DNA of 64,000 nucleotides from Eledone cirrhosa. Lineage: Eukaryota. The DNA lies in NCBI GenBank assembly GCA_964016885.1, contig OZ024753.1, forward strand, positions 27,280,001 to 27,344,000. Reading direction: 5' to 3'. This document shows positions 1 to 13,086 of the stretch, piece after piece. Positions within the stretch are counted from its first letter, which is position 1. Every line of letters begins with the position of its first letter. A model generated the notes under the pieces. The model saw nothing but the letters and a program-made list of their open reading frames with translations, had not been told where the DNA came from and ran no database searches. Position numbers and translations under genes: made by a program.

Positions 1-23
1 CAAATATGGCGATAAACATTACA
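1..23 (+). CDS. MOXD1/DBH-like monooxygenase copy A, 3' end of exon 2 (DOMON domain)
   Basis: CAAATATGGCGATAAACATTACA|gtaag is near-identical to the end of copy B exon 2 at 33301-33323 (PNMxINIT|gtaag). Confidence 0.8.
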
Positions 24-544
24 GTAAGGATTATATTTCATAAAATTTATAAAGATAAGAAGAAATAATTATGAGAATTACGATTTAATTTTTAAACATA
101 GTTCATGTGCTTAAGGGAAAATCTTACGCTTATTAATGGGGAAGATGACATGTTTTCATTTTATTGAACCTCATTAGCGTAACATGGTGGACAGGATAAA
201 GCGGATTTGTACTAATTGTACTTCGCTGAAGAGGCCTAATAATGTCAGTAATTAATTGAGCTAATATTGTCTTTTCCTCGCCGAATATAGAATTTCCAAT
301 TAGATGTACCTTGCACACTGCATTAAACAGGTTAACAGTGATTTAACTATTATATTCAATACATATTTGAGTAATTAACTTCATTTTAAATATGCTAGGT
401 TTTGACTTATAGTCATGCACTCTAATGTGCATTTACTCAGAGATTCTCTCATCACAACTCCAGCAATTATGAAGTTTATACTTAGCTGAGAATGTCTAAT
501 TTGATAGGAACATCCTCAGTGTTGTGTCTCATATCTGTAGATAT

Positions 545-830
545 CTTCTTTTTCTTCTTCGCCCACTTATTCCCGAGAGGGTCGTGAGGGCAGAGTCATG
601 AGACACTCCTTCCAGCGGGTCCTGTCTGATCGGGCTGGATCCCCAAGCAAGACCAGCTAAGCTCATGGATGTTATCCAACCGTCTTGCTCGAGGTCTACT
701 ACGGGGACATTCTAACCACATGCTTATAGTATCGGAGCAGTGATCTCTAAATTCGGAGAAGTAGCGGTTCTACCTGTAGATATGATTAAACGCTGATTAG
801 ACGCTGATTTTTTCATTATCATTTACTTTT
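545..830 (-). mobile_element. Decayed RTE-type LINE 3' fragment
   Basis: Minus strand reads RPRSRPRARRLDNIHEL-like text, shared with the RTE tail at 18270-18400, and ends in a GAA-rich tail. Confidence 0.55.
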
Positions 831-1214
831 TTTAGATTATATTGTTGATATCCACCACATTAAATATATTAACACTGACTTTTGTTAGAGGTTAGTCACC
901 TCTCTCGACAAAGGCCTTTCACTCGACGTACCCCAGTTATTACAAATAATTGTTTCTACTTTAGTCACAAAGCCAGCAATTACCCAAATGAGAGTATGGT
1001 TTATTTCTTTTCACCAACTTGTTAATGAGCACAAATATTTACTTCATGCAAACTATACGATGTTACATGTGTGTTACGTGAGTACTCAATTCAACTGGGT
1101 GTCATTTTCCAACCTCTCCTACTTTTAAGACTTTGGGCGTTGTTGTTCATGTTAGTTTGGATATTATTGCTACTGTTGCTGATGATGATGAGGTTTTTTG
1201 TTGTTTTTTTGTAG

Positions 1215-1373
1215 CAAAGCAGTTCAAGAGTACTGTGGGGATGTAGCGAGAAAGATGATATAAGTGTCAATTTTGAACCGAATGGCGTAAAAAGTATGAT
1301 CCTGCTTCAACCAAAATTCCCTGATCTCGTTATGACTAACGATACAAAGGACATAGAATTTAGAATGAATGAA
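1215..1373 (+). CDS. MOXD1/DBH-like copy A exon 3
   Basis: ttgtag|QSSSRVLWGCSEKDDISVNFEPNGVKSMILLQPKFPDLVMTNDTKDIEFRMNE|gtaagt, 159 bp, phase 0/0; paralogous to 34459-34617. Confidence 0.88.
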
Positions 1374-1414
1374 GTAAGTTCTTTTTATTATTTTTATTCA
1401 AATTAGGGGTTGTG

Positions 1415-1630
1415 ATTTGACAGAATCGGTAGAGCGTTGGACACCATGACTTGAAGCATAGAGTTACGTCCCTTTACGTTCTGAGTTCAAATCCTGCCGA
1501 GGCAAGCTTTGCCTTTCATCCTTACGGGGTCGATAAAATAAAGCACCAGTAATGCACTGGGGTCGATTTAATCGACTTTCGCCTTCCCTCAAAACTTTTG
1601 GCCTTGTGCCTAAATCAGAAACCATTACTT
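1415..1630 (+). mobile_element. tRNA-derived SINE (further copies or fragments ~2950-3128 -, 3322-3490 +, 10340-10440 -, 15450-15630 -, 15676-15805, 16935-17150 -, 22340-22505 +, 32930-33080 -)
   Basis: A-box-like GCAGAATCGGTAGAGCG, B box GAGTTCAAATCC, conserved core GCCTTTCATCCTTACGGGGTCGATAAAATAAAGTACCAG, repeated many times; family name not assigned. Confidence 0.85.
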
Positions 1631-1713
1631 TTATTTAAATTTCTAAAGCTTCCTCCAATGTTACCGGGCGTTTTGATTTTACAGATTAAATAAAAAATTT
1701 TGATTAATTTCAG

Positions 1714-1797
1714 GCTTTGGTTCCTAAGGACAGAACTACTTATTGGTGTAAGTCTTTTGCTGGGCCATCCCTTAATGGTAAAGCACATATTGTTATG
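1714..1797 (+). CDS. MOXD1/DBH-like copy A exon 4 (start of Cu2_monooxygen N domain)
   Basis: tttcag|ALVPKDRTTYWCKSFAGPSLNGKAHIVM|gtatgt; TTYWC motif of the DBH/MOXD1 family. Confidence 0.9.
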
Positions 1798-2606
1798 GTA
1801 TGTATTTTCTCCTTACAATTTTGAATTTTCTAGTTATCTGTTCTATAACTAACCTAATGTATTTGTTCCTGATTTGTGTAGTTTATCTTCTAGGTAGATT
1901 TTGGCTCTGTGAGCTGCCAGGTGGTACGTGGACTCCCTGGTTCGATCAGGATGTTAAAAATACCATGGGAGTAAAGAAAGAGGCTTGTAAAGTTAGTTTG
2001 GAAATAAGTCTTTCTTGTAGCATTCGAGGTGTAAGTAAACGCTAAAAGTCACAACAGAGACAGTAAAGGCGTCCAAGGTTAAGACATAGGAGGACCTTTG
2101 GCTTGAGCTAGACCACCGGCTTCGTAATAAGATTCCCTCTCCATAACTGTTATCAGAAACTTGCCTGGGGTTCTCTCTGAAGAGAGGTGCACCATCGTGG
2201 TGTGGAAAAAATACTTTGTGATCTCGTAAAGTCGGTCACAACAATATCTTCTGATGTACATAAGATGCATCTAGGCAAAGAGTAACCTCTCCGCAACAAA
2301 GATGGACGGTGGGATGTACCCTGCTCCACTCTGCAGCGCCACCACGACACTGGAGGGTCAAGGGAAAAGTGAAATGAAGTGAAGTAATGCATAGGTATAC
2401 TAGTACAGTACTGAAATGAAAGCTTTACAGTTAGGTTGATTTCTGTTAAAAATAAAAAAAATATATCATAACAAAAGAAAGTTAATTTGTCTTACAAAGA
2501 ACTTTGTCTTAAATAGTTTAGAAATAAAATGGAATATGAGATAAAATCAATTGGTATTGAAAATCGTATTAAAATTGAGCATGTTAATACCATTATCTAC
2601 TTTCAG

Positions 2607-2789
2607 ATGTCTCCTTATGTTCAAGAAGGTCATGAACTCCTTGTTCACCACTTTGTATTATATGGTTGTTATAAAAACAGTTCATTAGAAAAGAAAATAG
2701 GTATTGAATCAGTTTGCTATGTAGAAAATATGCCAGATGACTGGAAAGAATGTCGCTCTGTAGTTTTCGCGTGGGCAATTGGAGGCTCG
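2607..2789 (+). CDS. MOXD1/DBH-like copy A exon 5 (CuH ligands HH)
   Basis: tttcag|MSPYVQEGHELLVHHFVLYGC...CRSVVFAWAIGGS|gtaagt; LVHH and AWAIGG motifs. Confidence 0.93.
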
Positions 2790-3165
2790 GTAAGTTTCTT
2801 TTACATAAGTTGATGTAGTTTCAATTCTGTGATCAGAGTACAAATGTTTAAATGATCCTGAGGTAGAAAACAAATCCAGCTAGCTAGTGTAGACAAGCAG
2901 CTGCTGTTCTTGCAGTGATAAAAGAAACAGATTGAATACAGAACATAATTGTTTCTACTATTGGCACAAAGCCAGCAAATTAACCAGTACATTACTGGTA
3001 CTTTATTTTATCGACCCCGTAAGGATGAAAGTCAAAGTTAACCTCGGCGGGATTTGAAATCAGAATGGCAAGGGCCGTAACTCTATGCGTCAAAGCATGG
3101 CGTCCGACCCTCTACCGATACTGCCAATCCAGAACATAATTTATGTATTCATTCGTCACACATAG

Positions 3166-3268
3166 AACATGATCCTACCCGAACATACTGGATTATCAAT
3201 TGGAGGTGACGACGATCCTCTATTCTTTCTACTAGAGATTCATTACGATAATCCAGAGGAGATGGAAG
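3166..3268 (+). CDS. MOXD1/DBH-like copy A exon 6 (third CuH His)
   Basis: catag|NMILPEHTGLSIGGDDDPLFFLLEIHYDNPEEME+G|gtaggt; LEIHYDNP motif; phase 0/1. Confidence 0.92.
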
Positions 3269-3529
3269 GTAGGTTCATGTTTGTTTCTCATGTTTGATAT
3301 ACCCTCCTATTTTACATTATTATTGGCAGTATCGGTGGAGGGTCGGACGCCATACTTTGCAGCACAGTTACGTCCCTTTACGGACTGAGTTCAAATCCCG
3401 CCGAGGTTAACTTTGCCTTTCATCCTTATGGAGTCGATAAAATAAAGTACCAGTAATGCACTGGGTAATTGCTGGCCTTGTGCCATAAGTAAGTATAAAC
3501 AATTATTATATTGTTGACATATTCTTATT

Positions 3530-3780
3530 TTGGGGCTAAACTCCTCAAATACCGGTCGCAGGTTTGCGGTCGTACCCCTGGCAGTGAAGACTTCTGGTGT
3601 CCTCCGCCCCAGGGCTACCTCCTTACTTACCACCATAAGCGCTGAGCTGGCCAGCCGCAGGTGTGAGCCCCGCGAGTTGGAGTGGATTTTCCAGCGCGTC
3701 TCCCTTGCGGTCCTCCGGGGGAAACGCCTTCTCCATTCTGTCCGCCGGGGCTGTGGGTGGGCCCCATCGCGTACCGTTGT
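3530..3780 (+). mobile_element. CRE-clade non-LTR retrotransposon 3' end (other fragments ~11920-12050 -, 14230-14460 +, 23190-23480 +, 33600-33750 -)
   Basis: PLAVKTSGVLRP...RELEWIFQRVSLAVLRGNA; PxAxETxG and FQRxSxAxxRGNA are typical of the CRE REL-domain tail. Confidence 0.7.
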
Positions 3781-4358
3781 AGTTGTAAAAGAAACAGGAA
3801 GACAACAACTGGAAAGTTTGATTTTCTACTTTATCATTTATTTAACTCTAAAGAACAACTACCATTCTGTTTAACGTATACCTTAGTATTTGATTTCTTC
3901 TTCTTCTTCTTCTTGAAATGCACTCTACCGAGTAATGGCTACTCTGACGACCCCTTCAGAGGGACACCATTTCGGTTGCTTCTATTCGTGGTTGCATTGT
4001 TTCGGTCATTACCTAAAATTCCTGACCATAAGTATGGATAGGTCAGAACAATTAAATGAACTTCTGTTTCACCAGTTCTCCTGTTTCAAATTCTCTACTT
4101 TTATGTTTGACATACCTGTATCTTTGACACAACCTGCTTCCCTATTTGACACAGTCTCCTCTGTTTGACATTTCTTCTTGTAAGTCTCATTTTTGAATGG
4201 CACGCAATTCTTTCATTTCTGTTATTCTTTTCTGCCCATTTCTATGTTAACCATACCTTTCTGTCTCACATATCCTACATTTTGACCTATTTTCCGGTTT
4301 CTCTTGTTACTTTTGTTTAACACCATTATATTAAACGTTTCTCTCGCGCTTTTTATAG

Positions 4359-4528
4359 GTGTGCGTGATTCTTCAGGGCTGGTTTTGACTGTGACTGAAA
4401 CTAAACGTAAATTTGACACTGCAATTCTAGAAGTCGGTTATCAAGTCGGAGGTCAATTTCGTCAGCAAATTCCACCTTATGCAAAAGAATTGAAATATCA
4501 TGGATATTGTGAAGCGTGTGAATCTATG
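4359..4528 (+). CDS. MOXD1/DBH-like copy A exon 7
   Basis: ttatag|(G)VRDSSGLVLTVTETKRKFDTAILEVG...IPPYAKELKYHGYCEACESM|gtaaat; DSSG and IPP motifs; phase 1/0. Confidence 0.9.
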
Positions 4529-5282
4529 GTAAATGTTTTACTCTTCATGTTTACTGCAAATCGTTAAAGAAATTTCCTCCATGGCCTTTGTAACCTTCGT
4601 GTTTAGTCTCTGTACTGTCGAACTCGTTTTTGAAGTTCATCGCAACTTCTTATCGAGTCGCTACACCACACCCATCCAGTATTGTGCACAGAGCCTTGCC
4701 TGGGGTGTTAAGGTTTCAAGGCCGATAAGTGTGCATGAATCTTCAAGATTGGGGCAGACTAGAAGGTGCTTCATAGTTTATAACTGCTCGCATTGGCAAC
4801 TAAAAAGAATATACAATAAGTATCGGTCAATTACTGGTATCAACCAAATCTAAGTACACGGTTCAACAACCAATAGAATACGTCTGTAGGATTTTACTTG
4901 AGCAATGGAAAATTTTAAATGGAAAATTCTACGCTTACTAATTCTATTGGAAGAATGTGAATATTAAACGGAAGTAAGAAATACTCGACAGAATTATGTT
5001 GCCATGTTGTGAATATGACAATATTCCTCATCGAAATCGGCCTGGCACAAAGAGGTAGTAAAAAGATCATAGGGTCTAAACACACTGGAAATTCTTTTAA
5101 GAATTATGGAACTTATTGCACAATTTGATCCATTTCTGATGGGTCGCTTGAAATGATTTGGTAATCTTGGAGATGATAAGCAGTCATGCTTATCATCGTC
5201 AATCTATGAAGACAAAATCGTTCTGTTGATGCCAAAATGTTTTAAGAATCATATTGTGGCAAAACATAAAAGATTTAAGTAC

Positions 5283-5447
5283 CGGTGCCGGGTTTACCAT
5301 TGTGCTTAGGTGTGCTTACGCACAGGACCCCGTTGGCCAGAGAAGACCATCATCTTGTCAAAAGATTTTTTAATATGTATTTTTCAAATGTAAGGAGCCT
5401 TATAACTTAACTAGTTCAGGGCCTCATTTGTCATAAATCCGGCACTG
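5283..5447. mobile_element. hAT-like MITE
   Basis: TIRs CGGTGCCGGGTTTA / TAAATCCGGCACTG; flanks TTAAGTAC / CCAAGTAC resemble a decayed 8-bp TSD. Confidence 0.65.
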
Positions 5448-5697
5448 CCAAGTACCATATTTGATGGCATATATGATCTTTTCTTTCGCCCCAAATTCAT
5501 AACAAATATCACATGTGTCTTATGTGCAATGTTTGCGTATCTGTTAAGTTAATGTTTTTTCTTAATATTCCTTGCAGAAATGGGTTATATATTTCAGAAA
5601 GAGGTTATATATTTCTGTGGGTACTATTCTCCATAAATTTGTCTGTTTAATTTAAAAGTAATTGATCATGATGTATATTGATCTTGTTTCTTTGAAG

Positions 5698-5901
5698 ATT
5701 CAGCCTGAAAAAAACACTGAATGGAAGGAAGAAGGAATTAAAGTAGTAGCAACCTTTCTACACGGACATTTGGCCACGAGAAAGATTAGACTTCATCATT
5801 ATCGCGATGGTAAAAAGCTTGATGATATTAGTTATGATAATAATTACGATTTTAACTATCAAGAAATGAGGCTCTTAAAGAATGAGATTACAGTTTTAAA
5901 G
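5698..5901 (+). CDS. MOXD1/DBH-like copy A exon 8 (CuM ligands HxH)
   Basis: IQPEKN...GIKVVATFLHGHLATRKIRLHHYRDG...DNNYDFNYQE...VLK|gtaaga; an alternative in-frame acceptor at 5704 is possible. Confidence 0.9.
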
Positions 5902-6003
5902 GTAAGAAATATGTATATATATTTTACAGACATCTATACTAACACGCAAGTGCAAAGTTCTTGCATGCACACACAGACACACATTTATAAAACTTCAACA
6001 TAA

Positions 6004-6289
6004 GGCTGGACTGGAAGATATGCTTTAAAATTTTAATTCCGTCAAGTCACTATACATATGTCAATGGCCCAGCTCTATCATCCAATTATGATGCAAGACA
6101 GGACGATCTCATCAGGTAACTTCGATGATAAGTTTGGGTTTAACATAACCCTATTATGTAATTCTGTCGAAGTTACCTGGTGATATCGCCCTGTCTTACA
6201 TCATAATTGGATGATGGAGCTGGGCCATCATCCTATTTATGGATATTTCACGGAATTAAAATGTTAAAGCATATTTTCCAGTCCGGCCT
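6004..6289. mobile_element. Fold-back MITE-like element
   Basis: Outer IR GGCTGGACTGGAAGATATGCTTTAA / TTAAAGCATATTTTCCAGTCCGGCC and inner ~65-bp imperfect IR (6065-6125 vs 6168-6228). Confidence 0.65.
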
Positions 6290-6710
6290 TCTGCTGTCGT
6301 TTTATAAATACTTTACTCCGTTACTACTCCAACTACTGGATATGGATACCACATCTACGATAGGTGAATTGCATAACGTTGAGTGCTTTGATTAATTTGT
6401 TACAGTTTGATCTGCCGACCAGAACCACAAATACTACCCTTAGGTAATCAAAATAACTTAAATGGAATATATATATATATACACACAGGAAAAGAGTCAG
6501 GACCCCGACGGCTGAGCTCCGGCCGTTTCGACAGCTAGTTCAGAATTAGCTGTCGAAACGACCGGAGTTCAGCCGTCGGGGTCCTGACTCTTTTCCTATT
6601 ACCCGCTCTACTACACATTGTATCGAGTACTCTGGTGCGTTCTATGTACTATGATCCACCTGGTTCCTTACTACACTTCCTTCGTTATATATATATATAC
6701 ACACACACAA

Positions 6711-6747
<37 letters not shown>

Positions 6748-6764
6748 AATAAATAAATAAATAA

Positions 6765-6813
<49 letters not shown>

Positions 6814-7505
6814 AATATAGATTAGCGAGAATCGTATTTTATGCTTTGGAATTAGCGAAAAACAACTTCCGACATGTGTGGCAAGCGCTCAATAATTCTG
6901 ACGAACCAGAGCTACAACATACATTAAAGGCCAAACACACTGAGACGATGGTTAAACCGTCATCCGCACGGCCATAGAAACGACCGAGTAATTCGGGTCA
7001 AACAAATAAAAAAATGTGATTGAAAAAATTTACCCGGACCCCTGGATGGTTGGTAAAATCCAGCATTTGGTTTTCTGGGACTCCTAATCAAGTACTGTCC
7101 GCTTAGAGAAATAATGTTAGGCTTCTGGTAAGATGATTGAACAAGGAGGTCACTTTCTCAACAGGTTTTAGTTCAAGTGCCAGGCAAGGAATGACCGTTA
7201 CCGATACCCACGTGGGGATCGACAAGGGAGGCAACCCTTATTTTTGGCCGATGAAATTCAGTATGTATATATTATTGCAAAAATGCAAAATATCACAAAA
7301 CGAATTAAGCTCTCAACAGAATGGTTATAAGTTAACAAAAGCTATTCATCAGTCAATAGAATCAACTAAAAAAATCAAGAAAGTTAACTGGTCAATAGCT
7401 AGACTGTTAATCTGTTATTTTAATAAATTATTTATATATATATATATAAATAATTTATTAAAATAACAGATTAAAGTTTGAGCAAAGAATCGCTTCTTTC
7501 ACACA

Positions 7506-7642
<137 letters not shown>

Positions 7643-7842
7643 GTGTTTGTGTGTGTGTGTTAGATTGCTACTTAGTAAAAAGAATATTTAAGTCTTGCAA
7701 GCGTTTCATATTTCGAATCAGCACTTTTGATTTCAATCATTGCCCTACACAGCATGGATGACTCAACTCCCACTCACTTATATATACTAAATTTTTGAAA
7801 TGATCATTGTCTATTAAATTTTTATTATTGTTAATATTTCAG

Positions 7843-7902
7843 AATGTCAGCCTACACGTAGAATGCATTTATGACACTACAGATAGGAGGAATTTTACGT
7901 AT
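7843..7902 (+). CDS. MOXD1/DBH-like copy A exon 9
   Basis: tttcag|NVSLHVECIYDTTDRRNFTY|gtaagt; matches the family ECxYxTxDR motif; 60 bp, phase 0/0. Confidence 0.88.
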
Positions 7903-8207
7903 GTAAGTAATATTTATTTAGAGAAATATTGACATTTGTAAAAACATTTGACTTGTTTCTCTTTTCGGTCTGAAATTGGTGCTAGAAATGTCTAGTATCG
8001 CTCCACTTTAAGTTGATAATCTTAATTGTTCATTCATTCCAAACTGCTTTCTATATTACACACAAACAGACAGAAATTGCCATTTATGTATAGATTTTTT
8101 TTCGACACGCTGACGCGTGTATGAGTACAGAGTTATGACCGCTCAAACAAAGACACACTTACAAAAATACACACTCACAGACATACATTCACACAAAAAC
8201 ACACATA

Positions 8208-8299
<92 letters not shown>

Positions 8300-8466
8300 C
8301 TCATATACGCAAGCACTCATACAGAGCGTAGCAAATGGAACGCCAGCCGCAGTTTTGCTATAGTTTTTTCACGACCCGCTTTCTTCTTTTTACACACACA
8401 TACATTCACACAAACACACACACGCACGCACATTGTGTGATGGACGGACAGACGGAAGTCGCTTAA

Positions 8467-8515
<49 letters not shown>

Positions 8516-8543
8516 ATCAAAAGATGGTTAAAAGTGTTCCATG

Positions 8544-8614
8544 TATTTTATTATGCGCATTTCAAAAACAAATATCATCATGCAATAACATTTGTGTTTT
8601 CGTCAGATAAAATA
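8544..8614 (-). ncRNA. Type I hammerhead ribozyme in a pLTR-like repeat (second copy 17298-17368 -)
   Basis: TATTTTAT-CTGACGA-stem II-GAAA-T GCGC AT-A-ATAAAATA: 8-bp stem I, palindromic stem III, AUA cleavage triplet. Confidence 0.7.
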
Positions 8615-9064
8615 GGGAGACATGATATGAAGATTAAAACACACTTGTGAATAGTGCAGTTTTAAATATTTTGGAATACACATGAGAGTGTAGTCTATTT
8701 TATCTTGCCGTACTTATAATGAATGACACTGCCAATCTGTTTCAATAAATTTTACAAATAATCAAAATTTTTGATGAACGTATATAAACCTATAAAGACA
8801 CTTCTCGTAATATCGGTTGTGAGAAGTAAACAAAATTATACTCGAATATTTTTACATTGTGTACTTATCAATGAAGTAGACCGTAATAAATGTAGAGAAA
8901 AACATATAATTATATAAAATTACATGCAGACTTTACTCAATTATCATTTACAGAAAATACATAGACAGAAAATACATAGACAGAAAATAATACTTTTCTC
9001 CCACTCAGCATTACTATTTAGTGAATTTGTAAAAATTATGAATAAGATATTTTGTATTTCAATA

Positions 9065-10260
9065 TTTGGTCGGCTGTGCAAAAAAGCGTACACTTCGTCA
9101 GCTAGCTTGGGCTTGACAATATCGCTACATCTCTTTGACAGATACTTAACATTAACTTTACCGGGGAAGTTTAATAAGGCGATTCCTCAATAATTAGAGC
9201 AATCTCTCTTGACTCACTTTTGGAAACTTGGGATTATCACTCACGATTGCCATTACTTTGAATGCATCTCCAGAGATTCACGCCACATGACACACATGCT
9301 TCAGCCAAAGTACCTTCTGGTTTAACATCTCGAACCGAATTTCATCCTCCCCAGAGGCCTTGCCACCTTTGAGCTTTTTAATTGCTCTGGTGACCTCAGC
9401 TTCCGAGAGGTTAGTCATCGCTTCCAGATGCACCTCTTGTACATCAGAAGATATTGTTGTGACCGGATTTAAGAGATTACCGAAATATTCTCTCCACCTC
9501 CTAAGGATGAACCTCTCTTCAAAGAGAAGAATGCCAGACGCGTTACTGAAAACAGGTGTAGACGGGGAACTTCTTAATACGAAGACAGTGGATGGTTTGC
9601 CAGAATTCTTTATTTGCTGATCTAAAGTTGGATTCCAGCTTAACCCCAAAGTTCTCCCATCTCTTAACCTTGGATGCCTTTATTGTCTCTGTTGTGACTT
9701 TTCGTACAAATTTGTACCTCGAGTGCAAGAAGGAAGACTTATTTCAAGTCAAGCTTTGCAAGCCACCTTTTTGTTCGAATGGTATATTTAACCTCCTGTT
9801 TGATCAGGGGTCCTCATGCCTCTCAGCGCCATATTGAGACGTTTTTGCCTGCAGCATTTAACAGCAGAAACAGAGACTGTCGAACTAAACAGTCTCCACT
9901 CCGTTTCAAGGTCAACAGTTTGTTCAGAGAGTTTTCTGAATTTGGATGCTTTAGTATCCGTGTAACTGGTTCTCGTCTTCTCATCAGCCACTTCCTACTT
10001 TATCTTGTAGCTCAAACTGGACCTGTCAGTTGTGTGGGATTTCTTAACTTTCTCTAATTTCAGGTTGTAGATAACTAGATGACAAACAGCTGACAATTCA
10101 TCCCTTTTTTTAAGACGAACATTTAGCACAGAATCGATGAGATCAGAGACAATAAAATAATCAATTACTGATCTCTGTCCCCGGTTTTCTTATACATTTT
10201 ATATCTATAGATATGTTTGTGCTGGAAGAATGTATCCATAATGCTAGAGATGTTTCAAAC
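9065..10260 (-). mobile_element. Decayed RTE-clade LINE, APE C-terminus to start of RT
   Basis: RWREYFGNLLNP...EVTRAIKKLKGGKASGEDEI...CSNY*GIALL, with stops and frameshifts; related fragment at ~2080-2340 -. Confidence 0.8.
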
Positions 10261-10899
10261 GAAATCGTGATAGTCAGTGTGTTAAAAGTATTTCTCAAAC
10301 AGAAAATATCTAATTGTCTATGTTACATATTTCAAATAATAGTTTCGGATTTAGGTACAAGACCAACATTTTGTTGGGGGAAGGGGAACGTCGATTAAAT
10401 CGACCCCAGTGCATTACTGGTGCTTTATTTACCGACCCCTGGCTGGATACGGTCGGTTTAAATGCTACAGGGTTAAGTTTCACGTTTCTGATTGATCAAA
10501 TCGTTTGAACGATCGGACACCTGGGACTTGGAGACATTTCAATCCACTTAATATTCTGAAAATACTCACATTTGAATTCTTCAACAATAACTGTAATTAA
10601 ATCAATCTACTGGAAATATTATTTACAAATAAAAAATAAGTTAAAAAATACATATCTGATCTTTGATAGAATATATTTCGTTGAAAACATAAAATAACTT
10701 TGATACATTTGACAAACATTATCTTAACTATTGTCATTCTAATTTACGATGCCAAAGAAGGAAGCTTCCATAACCATGGAATTTACATCAAATCAAATAA
10801 AATTTCATTGTGCTATATATATACGTAAAATTGGAAAAAAGATGCAGTTCAGCGAAATCAGCCGGCATTGTATATGCGATTGATTAAATGGAATGTGTG

Positions 10900-10980
<81 letters not shown>

Positions 10981-11071
10981 TGCCTAATAAATTTGAACAA
11001 CATCGATATTTGGTCGTACGATATTAACATTTTATTACATTAAAATAATCTGTTAGATCTTTGTACATGTA

Positions 11072-11146
11072 TTAAAGTAACAATAAAATGAACAGGATGA
11101 AAATTAGTCCCGTTTCCAAGAAACAATTCGCTGCTGAATTATTCGA
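11072..11146 (-). CDS. MOXD1/DBH-like terminal exon 13, GPI-signal-like hydrophobic tail
   Basis: long polypyrimidine tract ttccag|SNNSAANCFLETGLIFILFILLLL*; small residues followed by a hydrophobic C-terminus. Confidence 0.72.
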   Translation of the reverse strand, partial: SNNSAANCFLETGLIFILFILLLL

Positions 11147-12565
11147 CTGGAAAATATGAAACAAAGAGAGAAATATAATTAGATGAGGATTTTTTTTCAA
11201 CACGCTGACACGTATGTGTATAAACGTGTGCGTGTGTGTATGTGCATATACATACATTTATATGTATGAGTATAAAAATATAATCACGCAAATACAGACA
11301 CACTTACAAAAATACACACTCACAGACATACATTCACACAAGTACACATACATTCACACAAATATACATACATTCACACAAATACATATACATTCACACA
11401 CATACATTCACACAAACACACAGACATACATTTACACATACACACAGACATACATTTACACATACACACACATACACTCACACACAGCGTAGCAAATGGA
11501 ACGCCAACCGCTGTTTTGCTTTAGATTTTTTTCCATCCTCTTCCTTCCTTTTACACACACACACATCGTGTAACGGATGGACGGACCGATGCAAGTCGTT
11601 CAAATTTATATATAGATGCCTTACATTCAAAAGATTTTAACAAATTCTGTTTTTGAAAATTGAAAACTATGCAATAAGATGCGAGTCTCAAGTCGAGCGG
11701 CTTTGGGGGTTGTGTCCTGCAACTAACACTGATACAGGAAATGGACTCAAGAGTGTTAAATAATAAAATATAACTTTTGTTGTATTAATTGTGGTCCCTC
11801 AATAGTTGCTGTGATAGTTGTTACTCAACTAATGTATATAAGAATGAATGACTATAAAATAATTAGAAAAAAACACTACAAATATTTAAAAACGGAAAAG
11901 GAAGGACAAAGCAAGTGCTCTAAGGCTACAGAATGATAGGAAAAGGAAGTGGGGAGTGTGATGGACTCTGGACCTAGGGCGCGGTGATGATGGGTTGCAC
12001 CCCGTGGATAAGATCACAAAAGCAATTCAGCGATACCCGCTTAACCCCCAAACAGAAATATAAACTTAACTAGAAATAGATATCAACTGAAGGCTCAGAT
12101 CATCATTGTGAAGCATAATGTATCTTCCTTGAAATTGCCTGAGATAACTGTGTCTTCTAGTTTGGACTTAAGAAGTTTGAGCCTGTGTAGATGTTTTTTG
12201 TATTGATTTTCATTGGCTCATGCAATGTTTAGGATTCCTAGATATTTTACCCACCATCACCTCGATTACTCAATCGTTCACCGGAGGGAAATTCTATACT
12301 AGTTGCATGAAACTTTTTCCTCCGTCAAATGCTAAATTCCATGTCTTATTCCGTGAACCATTAAATGGAAACTATGGCTACGATTGTATTCTAATTAATT
12401 ATAAGCTATCATAACTAAGAAACAATACAAGAAATTGAATGATGCTAACACATATGTATTCACCTTTGACCAATAAAGGAATTTAATATTGTAATTGACA
12501 AACATATTACTGTCAAACCATATTACCTATACAAACCATATTACTGTCAAAACATTAATATTCAC

Positions 12566-12646
12566 CTTTTCTGTTGTTGGTGGTGGAACTGTTGTAGGAT
12601 CGCCAGATTTAAAAACTGGGAATGCTCGATTTCTTAAAAAGATTTT
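12566..12646 (-). CDS. MOXD1/DBH-like exon 12 (Pro/Thr-rich linker, minus strand)
   Basis: ttgtag|KIFLRNRAFPVFKSGDPTTVPPPTTEK|gtgaat; 81 bp, phase 0/0. Confidence 0.7.
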
Positions 12647-12890
12647 CTACAATGACAATATATGAATAGTTACGTTTTGAAGTTAAAGTTTATCACTGTA
12701 TGGTTCATTGAATTAGATACCAAACTAAATTTGGGGTTATTTAATTTTGGTAATTAATGATATTTTCCGAAGGTTTCTACTTCATTCTAAAATGAGTGAC
12801 AGCAACATATTTTGAGGATGAGAAAAATCGAAAGGTTAAAAAAATGATCAAAATTTGTTTTGTAAGAAAAAAGTGCCGAACACATAAGTG

Positions 12891-13086
12891 CAGACCTGTC
12901 AACTCTCTCTAGTCGATGGAGAGATCCCCCACCCACTTTAGGATGGGTGAGAGATGTCTTCTTTTGTGAAAATGAGTATAGTTCTCATTATGTAAAATCT
13001 CCCCATTTCGCCTCATTTCTCCTCGTTTTGGACACGCACTTTTTTCATGGTACTCCCCGTTTCGTTTTCAGAGGATGGCAGGTATG
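12891..13086. mobile_element. MITE with CA(T/G)ACCTG(C/T)CA-type TIRs
   Basis: CAGACCTGTCAACTC ... GAGGATGGCAGGTATG imperfect TIR pair. Confidence 0.45.

Noticed and set aside
1415-1505. tRNA gene
   Set aside because: The A/B boxes belong to a SINE head; there is no cloverleaf, and it is followed by the repeated SINE core.
6890-7000. CTGACGA...GAAAC possible hammerhead
   Set aside because: I could not build a convincing stem I and stem III.
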